Notes: generated by a model from the sequence alone, not told the origin. A stretch of 56,130 bases of DNA from Candidatus Shapirobacteria bacterium (GCA_003542615.1 DPKG01000001.1:1-56130), one strand, 5' to 3'. Shown: positions 39,900 through 49,566, numbered from the stretch's first letter. A program made the numbers and translations.

Positions 39900-40874
39900 T
39901 TACACATCTTTTTTCTTGTTCCCACTATGATATTTTTCGTGTACTTCCCGCAATCGGGCATCAGTAATATGTGTATAAACCTGAGTCGTTACAATATTTT
40001 TATGTCCTAAAAGTTCCTGAATCGATCTCAAATCGGCCCCTGCCCTCAACAAGTCCGTCGCCATCGAATGACGTAAAGTATGGGGCGTCGCATCCACCGG
40101 TAACTTAGCTTTTCGTACATATTCTTTTACTAATCTTTGCACCGATCTTACCGACAATCTTCTCTTTTCATCATCATCTGTGATCTCTTTTTTACCGGAA
40201 TTTCGGATAAATAATGGTTTGTAATTATCCGTCCTTGATCTTAAGTATCTGGACAAATATTCTGCCGCTCTTTTGGATAAAAACACCAACCTTGTTTTAC
40301 CTCCTTTACCGATAACCCCAAATTCCCGGGTGTCAAAATTTATTTTGTCTCTGTTTAAATACGTCAATTCCGACACCCGCAAACCGGTAGAAAACAAAGT
40401 CTCTAATATCGCTTTGTCTCTGAGACCATTTTTTGACGAAAGTAAAGGTTGATTCAACAACAAATCAACCTGTTTACTATCCAAAAATTTCAACGAATGA
40501 TTTTTATTTTTTGGTACATCCAATTTTTCCGGTTGCATTGTTTGATAATCATTTTTTACCAACCACTTTAAAAATGATCTTAAAGCAATGATGTAATAAC
40601 CCTGAGTGACAATTTTCATCTCACTGTTTGGTTCTACACCTTTCTGTCTGGAAAGATAAAGCCTGAACCTTCTGACTGTGTCCTGATTAATATCTGATAA
40701 CATTGCCGCCTTATCAATTTCTTTTTCCAAAAAAGTACAAAACACTTCTAAGTAATGTTTATAATTTCGGACTGTCAGCCGGGAGCAATTCCTTTCAATT
40801 TCCAAATGTTCCAAAAATTGCCTTATTAAAGTCATTAAATCTTTTTCTTGAGCCATTGTATATGAGGATAACAC
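39900..40874 (-). CDS. Tyrosine recombinase, XerC/XerD family
   Basis: 324 aa: N-terminal SAM-like core-binding domain (LIRQFLEHLEIERNCSRLTVRNYKHYL) and catalytic residues in GLRVSEL, HTLRHSMATDLL, LLGHKNIVTTQVYTH. Confidence 0.88.
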   Translation of the reverse strand: MLSSYTMAQEKDLMTLIRQFLEHLEIERNCSRLTVRNYKHYLEVFCTFLEKEIDKAAMLSDINQDTVRRFRLYLSRQKGVEPNSEMKIVTQGYYIIALRSFLKWLVKNDYQTMQPEKLDVPKNKNHSLKFLDSKQVDLLLNQPLLSSKNGLRDKAILETLFSTGLRVSELTYLNRDKINFDTREFGVIGKGGKTRLVFLSKRAAEYLSRYLRSRTDNYKPLFIRNSGKKEITDDDEKRRLSVRSVQRLVKEYVRKAKLPVDATPHTLRHSMATDLLRAGADLRSIQELLGHKNIVTTQVYTHITDARLREVHEKYHSGNKKKDV

Positions 40875-40921
40875 GATTTCATCGCTTCTAGAGGCTTTAG
40901 TGAAGCCATATATATTTTATA

Positions 40922-40933
40922 CCTATATATAGG
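40922..40933. repeat. Perfect 12-bp palindrome CCTATATATAGG upstream of the recombinase gene
   Basis: Read directly. It belongs to the TATAGG motif cluster flanking the gene. Confidence 0.6.
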
Positions 40934-41143
40934 CATTTATTACAATTTCCCTACCATTTTTAGCTTAGGGGAGTCAAAAAATAGCCATTTGTGCCTAAAG
41001 CCAGAAAATTCAAAATATAAGCAAACCGGAGGATAAACAGGTATTTGGCAAAATACATATTAATTAAAAAACTTATTAATAATTAATATTTAAAAAATTA
41101 TTTTTTTATTATTTTATGCCCTCCCCTCCACTCCCGTTTTTAT

Positions 41144-41175
41144 ATATGTCGCAAAAGATACATTGTGCGACATAT
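41144..41175. repeat. 10-bp-stem inverted repeat atatgtcgca-N12-tgcgacatat
   Basis: Read directly in the 730-bp non-coding stretch. Confidence 0.6.
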
Positions 41176-41606
41176 TAAATATTGATACCTTTCCCATAGG
41201 GAACTCCTCTTTTCCTAACTCCTCTCCTAATTGCTGTCAGATCATTTTTTAATTTAATAAATTAATTAACTATATACTGACTATCTCTCCCCCTAAGCCC
41301 TTGGCACCCTAATACTCCTCCCGCTAAAGTTTTCCACAGACTATATCATTACCTATCATATATCAAACTATATCATCTGTGAAAATTATAGGATATATTG
41401 TGAAAATAAATATAATATTATAGGACAATATATTATAGGTCATTCCCCTTCCCTATTTGTCCCTGAAACAAAAAAATCTTACAATTGATAATAATTATAA
41501 TTAAATTTAAAGCTAAACCATGCCCATTCAATTTCTCAAAATTTAATTTCAACCACCCAAACCCTCCTATAGAACCTATATTTTCCCTTACCCACTCCCC
41601 TTTTAT

Positions 41607-42419
41607 TTATTCTCCCCAGCTTGTCATTCCTACTACCCCGATCAACACCGCCAAAGCCACCCACAACAAACCTGTCCATGTCCTCTTAAACAGTCTTTCT
41701 CTGATATCCGCCTGCAACAACCCCAGTATTATGTAAAATACCGACACTAAATATACTGAGCCCTTAAAGATACCGACCGGCCAAAAAGAAAATATCAATG
41801 CCAGCTCTGCCATTACTATTGACGGAACTATCACATAAGCTGATATGCTTTTATTTTTTCCGTCATCAGGTAGTTCAATCGCAATCGCCCAAAATTGATA
41901 CAAAAATAAAAGCATCGATGTCAAAAACACGGCTATCGCATTTACCCAAAAATAAGTCCGAAAAGACAATATGGTGTCATAAGCAAAAAAAGCCGTCAAC
42001 AACATTACCATCAAAGAAAAAGTATAAGCCGCCCGATATAACGGCACTGTTTTATATCCAATCGCCACAAAAAAAATGTTTTCTATCGAAAAAATTACAT
42101 AACAGATTAATCCAAAAAAGATACTGGCCGGAATAGCCGTCAATAAATTATATGGAAATATAGCCATAAATAAACCAAAACCCACAAAAAATGCCACCGG
42201 TAAAGTCACCGGAACAATTTTGTTAAACAAGGACTCCTCAAATATTATCCCCAAACCAAACCAATAAATAAAAACAAGTAATACCACCCCCGCCATCAAC
42301 CCGTAATACCTGGCTTCAAACGGAAGTGAAATCAACATAAAAAAGATCAAACTTCCCAACAAAGATGAAGCAAAATATCTTAGTCTTTTAGGCATTGTAA
42401 GTAAAACCAGCAAAAACAC
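41607..42419 (-). CDS. Hypothetical polytopic membrane protein (about 8 TM)
   Basis: 270-aa hydrophobic ORF downstream of yebC on the same strand. The start is possibly at the internal Met (MPKRLRYF). Confidence 0.6.
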   Translation of the reverse strand: MFLLVLLTMPKRLRYFASSLLGSLIFFMLISLPFEARYYGLMAGVVLLVFIYWFGLGIIFEESLFNKIVPVTLPVAFFVGFGLFMAIFPYNLLTAIPASIFFGLICYVIFSIENIFFVAIGYKTVPLYRAAYTFSLMVMLLTAFFAYDTILSFRTYFWVNAIAVFLTSMLLFLYQFWAIAIELPDDGKNKSISAYVIVPSIVMAELALIFSFWPVGIFKGSVYLVSVFYIILGLLQADIRERLFKRTWTGLLWVALAVLIGVVGMTSWGE

Positions 42420-43098
42420 TAACTACATCCTCATTATCTTCCAAATCTTCCACCAGATCAACTACTTTCTCAACCTGATCTTCATTATCAATTATTATCG
42501 GAGATTTGGACTTCATCACAATTGATTTTGACACCACCTCTAAATTTTTAGATTCTAATAATTGAGAAATATTTTCCATGTCTTCCACCCTAACATACAA
42601 ATAATTTTCTTCTATATCCTCCACTCCCAAATCTATAATCTCTAACTGCTGATCATCCGTTAACTTATTCCCCAACTCAATCTCCCCTTTTCTGTCAAAC
42701 AAATAAGCCACACTCCCGCTTTCTCCCAAACTAACGCTATGATTTTTTAAAATCAATTTCACTTCACCCAAAGTTCGATTTTTATTATCGGTTTCCACTT
42801 CTATCATTAATGGCACCCCGCCACTGGCATAACCTTCCAGCCAAAAACTAACCAAATTATCTTTTTTGGCCTCAAAATTTTTCAATAATCTCTCAATGTT
42901 TTCCTTTGGCATGCTAGCCAATTTTGCCCTATCTATAGCCGTTCTCAATGAATTATTATTTTCAAGATTGGTGTTTCCGCCATTTTCTCTTATCGCCGTC
43001 AAAATATTTTTAGCTATCTTGGTAAAAGCCTCGCTTCTTTTTTTATCCTGCGCCCCTTTGCGATTTTTAATATTTGCCCATTTGGAATGTCCCGACAT
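42388..43098 (-). CDS. yebC: YebC/PmpR-family transcriptional regulator
   Basis: MSGHSKWANIKNRKGAQDKKRSEAFTKIAKNI is the family signature N-terminus. Confidence 0.92.
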   Translation of the reverse strand: MSGHSKWANIKNRKGAQDKKRSEAFTKIAKNILTAIRENGGNTNLENNNSLRTAIDRAKLASMPKENIERLLKNFEAKKDNLVSFWLEGYASGGVPLMIEVETDNKNRTLGEVKLILKNHSVSLGESGSVAYLFDRKGEIELGNKLTDDQQLEIIDLGVEDIEENYLYVRVEDMENISQLLESKNLEVVSKSIVMKSKSPIIIDNEDQVEKVVDLVEDLEDNEDVVSVFAGFTYNA

Positions 43099-43107
43099 AA
43101 ATCTATT

Positions 43108-43944
43108 TTATTTGTAACTAGAGTAGTTTATCATCTCAGCCAAATCTGACCCAATCAACATTTGCACCTCCACCCCTCCCAAATCTTTACTAAACATTTC
43201 ACTGCATTTTCCAATATTTTTAATCAATTCATAACTCTTTGTAAGCCTTACTTCCTCACTGGAATAAACTATCTGACATTCTTTTAACAACTTCTCAGAT
43301 GTCTCCAATCCCATTACCGACATCCCCGCCCATTCCATCCGTAAAGCCAACCAAGTCGCCAATCCGCTCATTTCGCTGGCATTTACCAAAGTAACTCTAA
43401 TCTGTTCCCCGGTTATTTTATTATCCGAAAAATCTCTAAATAAAGTCTCTTCCAATCCCCTATTATCCTTCAAATCTTTGTTTATAGTTTCCTCCTTAAC
43501 TAACATTATTTTCTCTTTTGATTTTAATTGAAATCCGTTTATTGGTCCAATCTTCCACCATAAATTATTTACCTTATCCCAATCTTCTTTAGTCTCCAAC
43601 CAAAATATTTTATCCGGTTTCAATCCAAAATTATAAAAAAATAACTCTGACACCTTATTTTGTTTATTCTCCTGTATTAAAAGTCTTTTTACCTTATCTG
43701 ATTGGTACCAACTTAACCCCCCGGGTACCCAAACCTCAACTTTCGGATCAATGTTTAAAACATTAACCATTCTCCTTTCCCATGACACCGATATTAAAGA
43801 AATTCCATTATCCGCAACTACCCCAAATTTCAAATCATCTCTTCCGTTCCACCAACCATATTTCCTCAAATAACCCGACACCAACAATACTCCAAACAAT
43901 ACACACCCTACAAAAATCAATAATATTGTCTTAGATTTTTTCAT
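43108..43944 (-). CDS. Membrane-anchored protein with a LytR_C-like C-terminal domain
   Basis: N-terminal TM. The C-terminal IRVTLVNASEMSGLATWLALRMEWAGMSV resembles LytR_cpsA_psr C-terminal domains. Confidence 0.5.
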   Translation of the reverse strand: MKKSKTILLIFVGCVLFGVLLVSGYLRKYGWWNGRDDLKFGVVADNGISLISVSWERRMVNVLNIDPKVEVWVPGGLSWYQSDKVKRLLIQENKQNKVSELFFYNFGLKPDKIFWLETKEDWDKVNNLWWKIGPINGFQLKSKEKIMLVKEETINKDLKDNRGLEETLFRDFSDNKITGEQIRVTLVNASEMSGLATWLALRMEWAGMSVMGLETSEKLLKECQIVYSSEEVRLTKSYELIKNIGKCSEMFSKDLGGVEVQMLIGSDLAEMINYSSYK

Positions 43945-44599
43945 ATAATTTTAAATGATCCCGCAAATCCATGCTCAATTCTTTATTAAATTCCACCGGT
44001 TCCATTTTTTTGGGATGAATAAACTTCAATCTTTTTGCCTCCAAAAAAGGCCGACCCAAACCAAAATTATCCTTACCTCCATAGGTCTTATCACCCACCA
44101 ATGGCCAACCCAAATAATTAAAGTGAACTCTGATTTGATGTGTCCTTCCAGTCTTAAGCTCTATTTCTACCAGACTATAGATCTTTCCGTCATTTTTATA
44201 TTTATCTAATACTTTAAACAAAGTCCTGGCACTTTTTCCATCAGGATCAACTCCCCATTTGCCAAAAACATATTTTGACCGTTTTATCGGAGCCAATACT
44301 TCTCCCTCAAAAGGTAAATCACCACCAAGCAAAGCCACATAAAATTTTTTGACAATTCTTTTTTTAAATTGGTTCTGCAAATTTTCCATACAATTCGTAT
44401 TTTTGGCAATTATCACCAATCCGGAGGTACCCTTATCCAACCGATGAACAATCCCTCCCCTACTTAACCCGGTTTTTAAATTTTCCTCCGACCAATTTTC
44501 CAAAGTATTTTCAGAAACATTACCCTCATTAGTTGTTACCATTCCTGCCGGTTTATCCACAACTACCAAACAATCATCTTTAAACACGATTTTTACCAT
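43931..44599 (-). CDS. RluA-family pseudouridine synthase (RluD-like, lacks the S4 domain)
   Basis: Catalytic motif HRLDKGTSGLVIIAK and RTHQIRVH. Confidence 0.88.
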   Translation of the reverse strand: MVKIVFKDDCLVVVDKPAGMVTTNEGNVSENTLENWSEENLKTGLSRGGIVHRLDKGTSGLVIIAKNTNCMENLQNQFKKRIVKKFYVALLGGDLPFEGEVLAPIKRSKYVFGKWGVDPDGKSARTLFKVLDKYKNDGKIYSLVEIELKTGRTHQIRVHFNYLGWPLVGDKTYGGKDNFGLGRPFLEAKRLKFIHPKKMEPVEFNKELSMDLRDHLKLYEKI

Positions 44600-44999
44600 T
44601 ATTTTTTTTAAAAATATATTCTATTACCAAAATCATTATACCTATAAATATCCCCCAATCAGCCAAATTATTATATAAGTCTACCCCAGGTAATTTCCAA
44701 TAATCTCGTACATATCCATAATTAATTCTATCCCACCAATTTATCCCCCCACCCGTCAATATTCCCATCCATCCCCAAAACACCTCTTTTTCTCTTAAAA
44801 AGACTATCAACACCGCCAAAAAAACAAACAAACTCAATATTAATTCTCCTCCAAATTTCAAACCAAAACTTACTCCTTCATTATTTACCGTCCCCTCTTT
44901 TAAAGATCCGCCCAAAAATTCGTGAACTAAAACACCCATCAAAATCATTCCCAATAAAAATACTACCCTCCTAAGCTTCTCTTTCTCTTTCACAAGCAA
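44580..44999 (-). CDS. lspA: Lipoprotein signal peptidase (signal peptidase II)
   Basis: NNEGVSFGL and GGGINWWDRINYGYVRDYW match LspA conserved blocks. Four TM segments. Confidence 0.75.
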   Translation of the reverse strand: MLVKEKEKLRRVVFLLGMILMGVLVHEFLGGSLKEGTVNNEGVSFGLKFGGELILSLFVFLAVLIVFLREKEVFWGWMGILTGGGINWWDRINYGYVRDYWKLPGVDLYNNLADWGIFIGIMILVIEYIFKKNNGKNRV

Positions 45000-45345
45000 T
45001 ACAAATAGTAGTATCTGGTTCTATAGCCAATCTGTCGGTATCAATCATCTTTCCGCACTTCTCGCAAATCCCAAATTTACCCAATTTTATTCTTGAAAGT
45101 GCCTTTCTAATTTGAACGATTTGCCTGGCTAAAAATTTTATTTTTACCTGTGAATCCATATGTCCCAATTGTTCATCCACATCATCATCCAAAGAGTTGT
45201 TTGAAGTTCTGGCTTCGTCCTTAAATGGATCAGCCGCCGTCAAACTGATCTTTGTCTTATTTAATTTATTCAGCTCATTTTCAAGAAACTGTTTTATCGG
45301 AGATATCAATCTGTTTGGAAATTTTACTATGTTATTTTGACTCAT
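44971..45345 (-). CDS. DksA/TraR-family C4 zinc-finger protein
   Basis: CEKCGKMIDTDRLAIEPDTTICIAC, preceded by a coiled-coil region. Confidence 0.7.
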   Translation of the reverse strand: MSQNNIVKFPNRLISPIKQFLENELNKLNKTKISLTAADPFKDEARTSNNSLDDDVDEQLGHMDSQVKIKFLARQIVQIRKALSRIKLGKFGICEKCGKMIDTDRLAIEPDTTICIACEREREA

Positions 45346-46042
45346 TAACGATTTTTTTGTTTTTAATTTTTAACAACCTAACAACATCTCCAAGGATAAA
45401 CAATCCAATCACTGAAAGCAAATTCCAAGTCAGATACAAAAGCTTCATCCACAATGGCTGATTCAACCAAAATAACATCCCTAGTCCTATAAATGAATAC
45501 CAGCCATTTATCCAAAAAAACAAAAAACCCTTCTTTCCCGAATAATACCAATTAAACGAACGATATTTTCCGCTAACCATTGAAGCCAATATCAACACCA
45601 TTGCCAAAGAAATAATTCTACCCAACCCTTCCATAGTCCAACCGCTAAACGAAAATTCACTAATCAATAAGGCCAAAATAAACAGAGTAAATATTATGCT
45701 CAAATCCTCCAAAACATTCCATAATTTCCATTCATATTTATTAACAGAAAACACCGTATAAATTAACACCGACAAATACCCCCCTAAATAACTAAATCCC
45801 GGCACCACCCACACCAATACCCAATCCAACCAATTTTCATTCCAAACCCCCCAATTAAACAAACCATAAAGCAATCTGCCTCCCAAAAAAAACACCAACA
45901 AAATCGACCAAGAAAATTTAATTAACTCCTTGTCATGGTAATCATCTCTCATATTTCTCCACATCAAATACAAAAAAACTACCACAATTAATACTCTGAC
46001 AATTCCAAAATACATATACCCTATTCTACTACATTCCCTCAA
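45332..46042 (-). CDS. Hypothetical polytopic, Trp-rich membrane protein (weakly Lgt-like by context only)
   Basis: 236-aa hydrophobic ORF in the lspA neighbourhood. I could not find canonical Lgt motifs. Confidence 0.4.
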   Translation of the reverse strand: MRECSRIGYMYFGIVRVLIVVVFLYLMWRNMRDDYHDKELIKFSWSILLVFFLGGRLLYGLFNWGVWNENWLDWVLVWVVPGFSYLGGYLSVLIYTVFSVNKYEWKLWNVLEDLSIIFTLFILALLISEFSFSGWTMEGLGRIISLAMVLILASMVSGKYRSFNWYYSGKKGFLFFWINGWYSFIGLGMLFWLNQPLWMKLLYLTWNLLSVIGLFILGDVVRLLKIKNKKIVNESK

Positions 46043-46098
46043 CTACTTAAAATCAAACCTAAGACATGAGATAATAATAAAGTTTTATATTCACACTT

Positions 46099-46183
46099 GC
46101 CGAAGTGGTGGAATTGGTAGACACGCAGGTCTCAAAAACCTGTGGCCTCATAAGCCGTGACGGTTCGATTCCGTCCTTCGGCA
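46099..46183 (+). tRNA. tRNA-Leu (anticodon CAA), long variable arm, no encoded CCA
   Basis: Hand-folded: acceptor GCCGAAG/CTTCGGC, anticodon arm CAGGT-CTCAAAA-ACCTG, T arm GACGG-TTCGATT-CCGTC. Confidence 0.88.
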
Positions 46184-46190
46184 CTCTTTT

Positions 46191-47510
46191 TTATGTTGCA
46201 CTAGCCGCTTGTTTTTCTACATCAAAAAAAGATACTTGTTTTCCGTTAAAATACAGATTAAAACTACCCGTCGGACCATTTCGGTGTTTTTCAATACTGC
46301 AGGTTACTGATTCTCTGATATCTTCATCTTCCCGATACAAAAACATCACCACATCAGCATCCTGTTCTATCGAACCCGATTCTCTCAAATCTGACAATCT
46401 CGGCCTCCCTCCCCTGGTCTCCATCGCCCTTGATAATTGAGCCAATGCCAAAATTGGAATTTTCAATTCCCTGGCCAAATTTTTCAATCCCTGAGATATT
46501 TCACTAACTTCCTGTACCCTATTATCCCGGGTAACTCCATGCATTAACTGTAAATAATCAACTACCACAAACTTAATTCCCTTCTCCAATTGTAATCTTC
46601 TGGCCTTAGTTCTGACCTCAGTTACCGTCATTCCCGGAGTATCATCAATATACAATGGAGCCTCTGCCAAAATACCCATCGATTCCGACAAAGAATTAAA
46701 ATCATCTTCATTAAGTTGCCCTGTTTTTAATTTCCAGGCATCTATCAATCCCTGTCTCACCAGCAATCTATCCACCAATTCTTCCTTGCTCATTTCCAAG
46801 GAAAAAAAACAAGTTGGCAATTTTGCCTCTACGGCTACATATCTGGCAATATTAAGTCCCAAAGCCGTCTTTCCGACTCCCGGTCTGGCCGCTAATATCA
46901 ATAAATTGCTGTCCTGCATTCCTGCCAAATTCCTATCCAATGAACCAAAACCCGTTGGTACTCCCCTCAAACCACTTCCCATTTTCTGTAATTCATCCAA
47001 ACGATCAAAACTGGCCGTTAATACATCCTTTAATGAAGTCGGAGCATTTCTAATATGCCGTTGAGTCAGGGCAAATATCTCCTGTTCCGCCACATCCATC
47101 AGTATTTCAGCTGTCATCGCCTCATCAAAGGCTTTTTCAGTAATTCTGGCTGCCGACGAAATCAGCTCTCTTTTTGCCGACAATGATTTGATAATTCTGC
47201 CATAGCTTTCGACATTTGCCGCCGTCGGTACTCCGTCTGCCAATCGCGCCAAGTAAGCCTTTCCGCCAATCTTTTTTAAAATCTTTAATTCCTTCAATTT
47301 CTCCGATACCGTTACAATATCAATCGGCATACGGTTTTCATAAAGAGACAACATTGCCTCATAAACTCCGGCTCTGTTTGAATCATAAAAATGTTCCGGT
47401 CTTAAAAATTCCGACACCGATAATACCGCCTCATTATCAATCAAAATTGCACCAAGCACACTCAATTCCGCTTCTTCTGATTTTGGAGGTAATTTAATTA
47501 CATCAGCCAT
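46191..47510 (-). CDS. dnaB: Replicative DNA helicase DnaB
   Basis: 439 aa: PPKSEEAELSVLGAIL, Walker A ARPGVGKT, SLEMS, and VVVDYLQLM. The length shows no intein. Confidence 0.93.
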   Translation of the reverse strand: MADVIKLPPKSEEAELSVLGAILIDNEAVLSVSEFLRPEHFYDSNRAGVYEAMLSLYENRMPIDIVTVSEKLKELKILKKIGGKAYLARLADGVPTAANVESYGRIIKSLSAKRELISSAARITEKAFDEAMTAEILMDVAEQEIFALTQRHIRNAPTSLKDVLTASFDRLDELQKMGSGLRGVPTGFGSLDRNLAGMQDSNLLILAARPGVGKTALGLNIARYVAVEAKLPTCFFSLEMSKEELVDRLLVRQGLIDAWKLKTGQLNEDDFNSLSESMGILAEAPLYIDDTPGMTVTEVRTKARRLQLEKGIKFVVVDYLQLMHGVTRDNRVQEVSEISQGLKNLARELKIPILALAQLSRAMETRGGRPRLSDLRESGSIEQDADVVMFLYREDEDIRESVTCSIEKHRNGPTGSFNLYFNGKQVSFFDVEKQAASAT

Positions 47511-47530
47511 TTCCTGATTATATCAAGATC

Positions 47531-48106
47531 CTAACAAGCCAATACGACCACTTCCATTCCGTCAGGTAAACTATCTGCATTAATTTTTAGACCATCTACT
47601 GGTTTTAAAGATTCCTGATCCAATTGATCCAAAAACTTCTCTAACTTCCCGTCTCCCTTCTCGTAACCAAAAGGAATCAAATAATTCGCACCCCATTTTT
47701 TAGCCCAAGCTTGAACAATCTTTCCATCTCCTAATTCTTTTCCTTCTACCGGCGCCAACAATACATCCAAACCACTAATTCTATCTATCCTTTTATCGCT
47801 CAACGCCAATTGAATATCTCCTAAATATCCAATCTCAACACCCTCAACCAAAATGGAGTAAATTGTTGAATTATCTCCGCTATTATAGCCTTTAATTTCA
47901 ATACCGCCCACCTCATATTCACCCGGACCCATTATTACCACTCTGGAATCATTAATTCCCTTTTTCAAAAAATCTTCCCGGCTAAAAATTATAATTCTAC
48001 TTTTACCTTGATATTTTTTTAATTGCTCATCTGTAGGGTTAATTAAAACACTTTCATTTTTACCCACTAAACTAAACGAGTTTTTTCCGATACATTTAAT
48101 TTCCAT
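47531..48106 (-). CDS. Hypothetical protein (faint resemblance to MBL-fold UPF0173 proteins but without the HxHxDH motif)
   Basis: 191-aa ORF. The pattern IKCIGKNSF...VLINP resembles the start of MBL-fold hydrolases. No catalytic His cluster seen. Confidence 0.4.
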   Translation of the reverse strand: MEIKCIGKNSFSLVGKNESVLINPTDEQLKKYQGKSRIIIFSREDFLKKGINDSRVVIMGPGEYEVGGIEIKGYNSGDNSTIYSILVEGVEIGYLGDIQLALSDKRIDRISGLDVLLAPVEGKELGDGKIVQAWAKKWGANYLIPFGYEKGDGKLEKFLDQLDQESLKPVDGLKINADSLPDGMEVVVLAC

Positions 48107-48149
48107 TTAAAAAACCTATTATAAAAATACTAACATTAACAACAGGATC

Positions 48150-48653
48150 ATGATATCATTTATACACAAAATGATCAAAGAACTATTACTTGCTATCATA
48201 TTAGGTAGTCTTCTCGGCTTTAGTTTAACCGGAGGAGTCATTGCTTTAAAGAAAAACAAAACAAATCAATCTGTTATCGTTAAAAATACCGGAATTGGTA
48301 AAAGTGTTTCCGAAACCAAATCCAAACCTGACCCCGAACCCTCCAGTTCCGTTCTTTCCGAAACCACCTCAGTCGACACCATGCCTTCCCTCGTTATTGA
48401 CACTCCCCAAAACGAATCTGTCTCTGACAAATCCCTTATAAATATTCAAGGCACCACCACCCCCAACAGTCTGGTTGTCGCTTCCACCACCCTCGAAACT
48501 CTTACCACTAATTCCGATGAATCAGGAAAATTTATCATCGAAAATTTCGAACTCGAAGCTGGTCTTAACTTCATCCAGATATCCTCGGTGAGTCAAAACG
48601 ATACTCAAAACAATACCGAAATTCAGGTTACATTTTCTACAGTCAAATTCTAA
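48150..48653 (+). CDS. Hypothetical membrane-anchored S/T-rich extracellular protein
   Basis: N-terminal TM LLLAIILGSLLGFSLTGGVIAL. No family recognised. Confidence 0.5.
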   Translation: MISFIHKMIKELLLAIILGSLLGFSLTGGVIALKKNKTNQSVIVKNTGIGKSVSETKSKPDPEPSSSVLSETTSVDTMPSLVIDTPQNESVSDKSLINIQGTTTPNSLVVASTTLETLTTNSDESGKFIIENFELEAGLNFIQISSVSQNDTQNNTEIQVTFSTVKF

Positions 48654-49433
48654 ATGTTCAAAATATATTCCAAAATTTCTGCCATCCTCCTCCTGCTTAC
48701 CCTAATTGGTTTTTCATTATTCAAGCTATCTACCATCAAAGCTCAGGAATCCCCCACTGAAATTCCGACTCCCAATACTAAAATTTCAGTTACCCCATCC
48801 AACGATGTTGAAGAAATACGAAAAGCCGTATCCGAAAAAGTCAAAGAAAAATTAGGCGAAATCACTTCTTCCACTCCCCGCAAAGCTTCCTGGACCGGTA
48901 CCATTAGTAGAATAGACCCCACTCAAATCGTCATAGATACCCCAAAAGGACCAAGAAATATTAATGTCTCCGACGACACCACCGTAATCAACTCAAAAAG
49001 AATCAAAATAGATCTTGCCAAACTGGTTCAGGGAGATTCGATTCTTTGTCTTGGTTACACTTCTTCCGATAAACCAGATTCACTTGATACCAAAAGAATC
49101 ATTGTCTACGATCCCAAAACCATAATTCGTCAACAAATTGTTTTAGGCAAAATTGTCGATGTTTCTCAAACCACCTCAATTTTGGTCCTAATCCCCAATA
49201 ACAACAAAAATCTTCAATATCAGATCAAAACCGACATCAAAACCATACTTAATGACAACCAAAACAAAAAACTAAAAACCGATTCCCTTGTTACCGGTAA
49301 AAAAATTGTTGCCATCATCCAACCTGATCCCAAAATAGCCAACACTTTTTACGCTTCAAGACTAATCTTTATGGATGCCCCTATACCTTCCACCACCCCA
49401 TCTCCTACCCCGACTCCTGCCTCCCAAAATTAA
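48654..49433 (+). CDS. Hypothetical secreted or anchored protein with a P/T-rich C-terminus
   Basis: Signal or anchor segment ISAILLLLTLIGFSLF. It starts directly after the previous stop. No family recognised. Confidence 0.5.
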   Translation: MFKIYSKISAILLLLTLIGFSLFKLSTIKAQESPTEIPTPNTKISVTPSNDVEEIRKAVSEKVKEKLGEITSSTPRKASWTGTISRIDPTQIVIDTPKGPRNINVSDDTTVINSKRIKIDLAKLVQGDSILCLGYTSSDKPDSLDTKRIIVYDPKTIIRQQIVLGKIVDVSQTTSILVLIPNNNKNLQYQIKTDIKTILNDNQNKKLKTDSLVTGKKIVAIIQPDPKIANTFYASRLIFMDAPIPSTTPSPTPTPASQN

Positions 49434-49479
49434 TTCATTGATTTTTGACAATTCGTGTTAAAATATCTTCAATGATATT

Positions 49480-49566
49480 GGCAAATAACATTCATCATAA
49501 CCACGCCCGAGTTTAAGCCCGGCGGTTATTTGCCTATCTACAAACCGCCAAAAGGCGGTTTTTTTG
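49480..49566 (+). ncRNA. Candidate small RNA (long-range stem plus intrinsic terminator)
   Basis: ggcaaataa (49481-49489) pairs with ttatttgcc (49527-49535). This is followed by the terminator accgcc-aaaa-ggcggt plus a T-run. A perfect TTGACA sits at 49445-49450 but only a weak -10 follows. No known family recognised. Confidence 0.25.
49544..49566 (+). terminator. Rho-independent terminator
   Basis: accgcc-aaaa-ggcggt followed by tttttt. Confidence 0.7.

Noticed and set aside
40875-41606. AT-rich region with TTTTCCACA / TGTGAAAAT words as a chromosomal replication origin
   Set aside because: There is no dnaA or dnaN nearby. The boxes match the DnaA consensus at only 6-8 of 9 positions. My spot counts show C>G on the plus strand on both sides, so I see no skew switch. 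I kept it only as a minor alternative in the recombinase-island finding.
41485-41736. 83-aa plus-strand ORF in the AT-rich region
   Set aside because: Its translation is low-complexity (I/K/F/P/N-rich). Its 3' half is antisense to the membrane protein gene at 41607-42419.
46105-46440. 111-aa plus-strand ORF
   Set aside because: It starts inside tRNA-Leu and continues antisense to the dnaB 3' end, so it is not a gene.
46191-47510. Inteins or introns in dnaB, gyrA, gyrB, recG and ligA
   Set aside because: All have ordinary lengths and uninterrupted conserved motifs. The only extra segment is the short repeat-derived insertion in ligA, reported separately.
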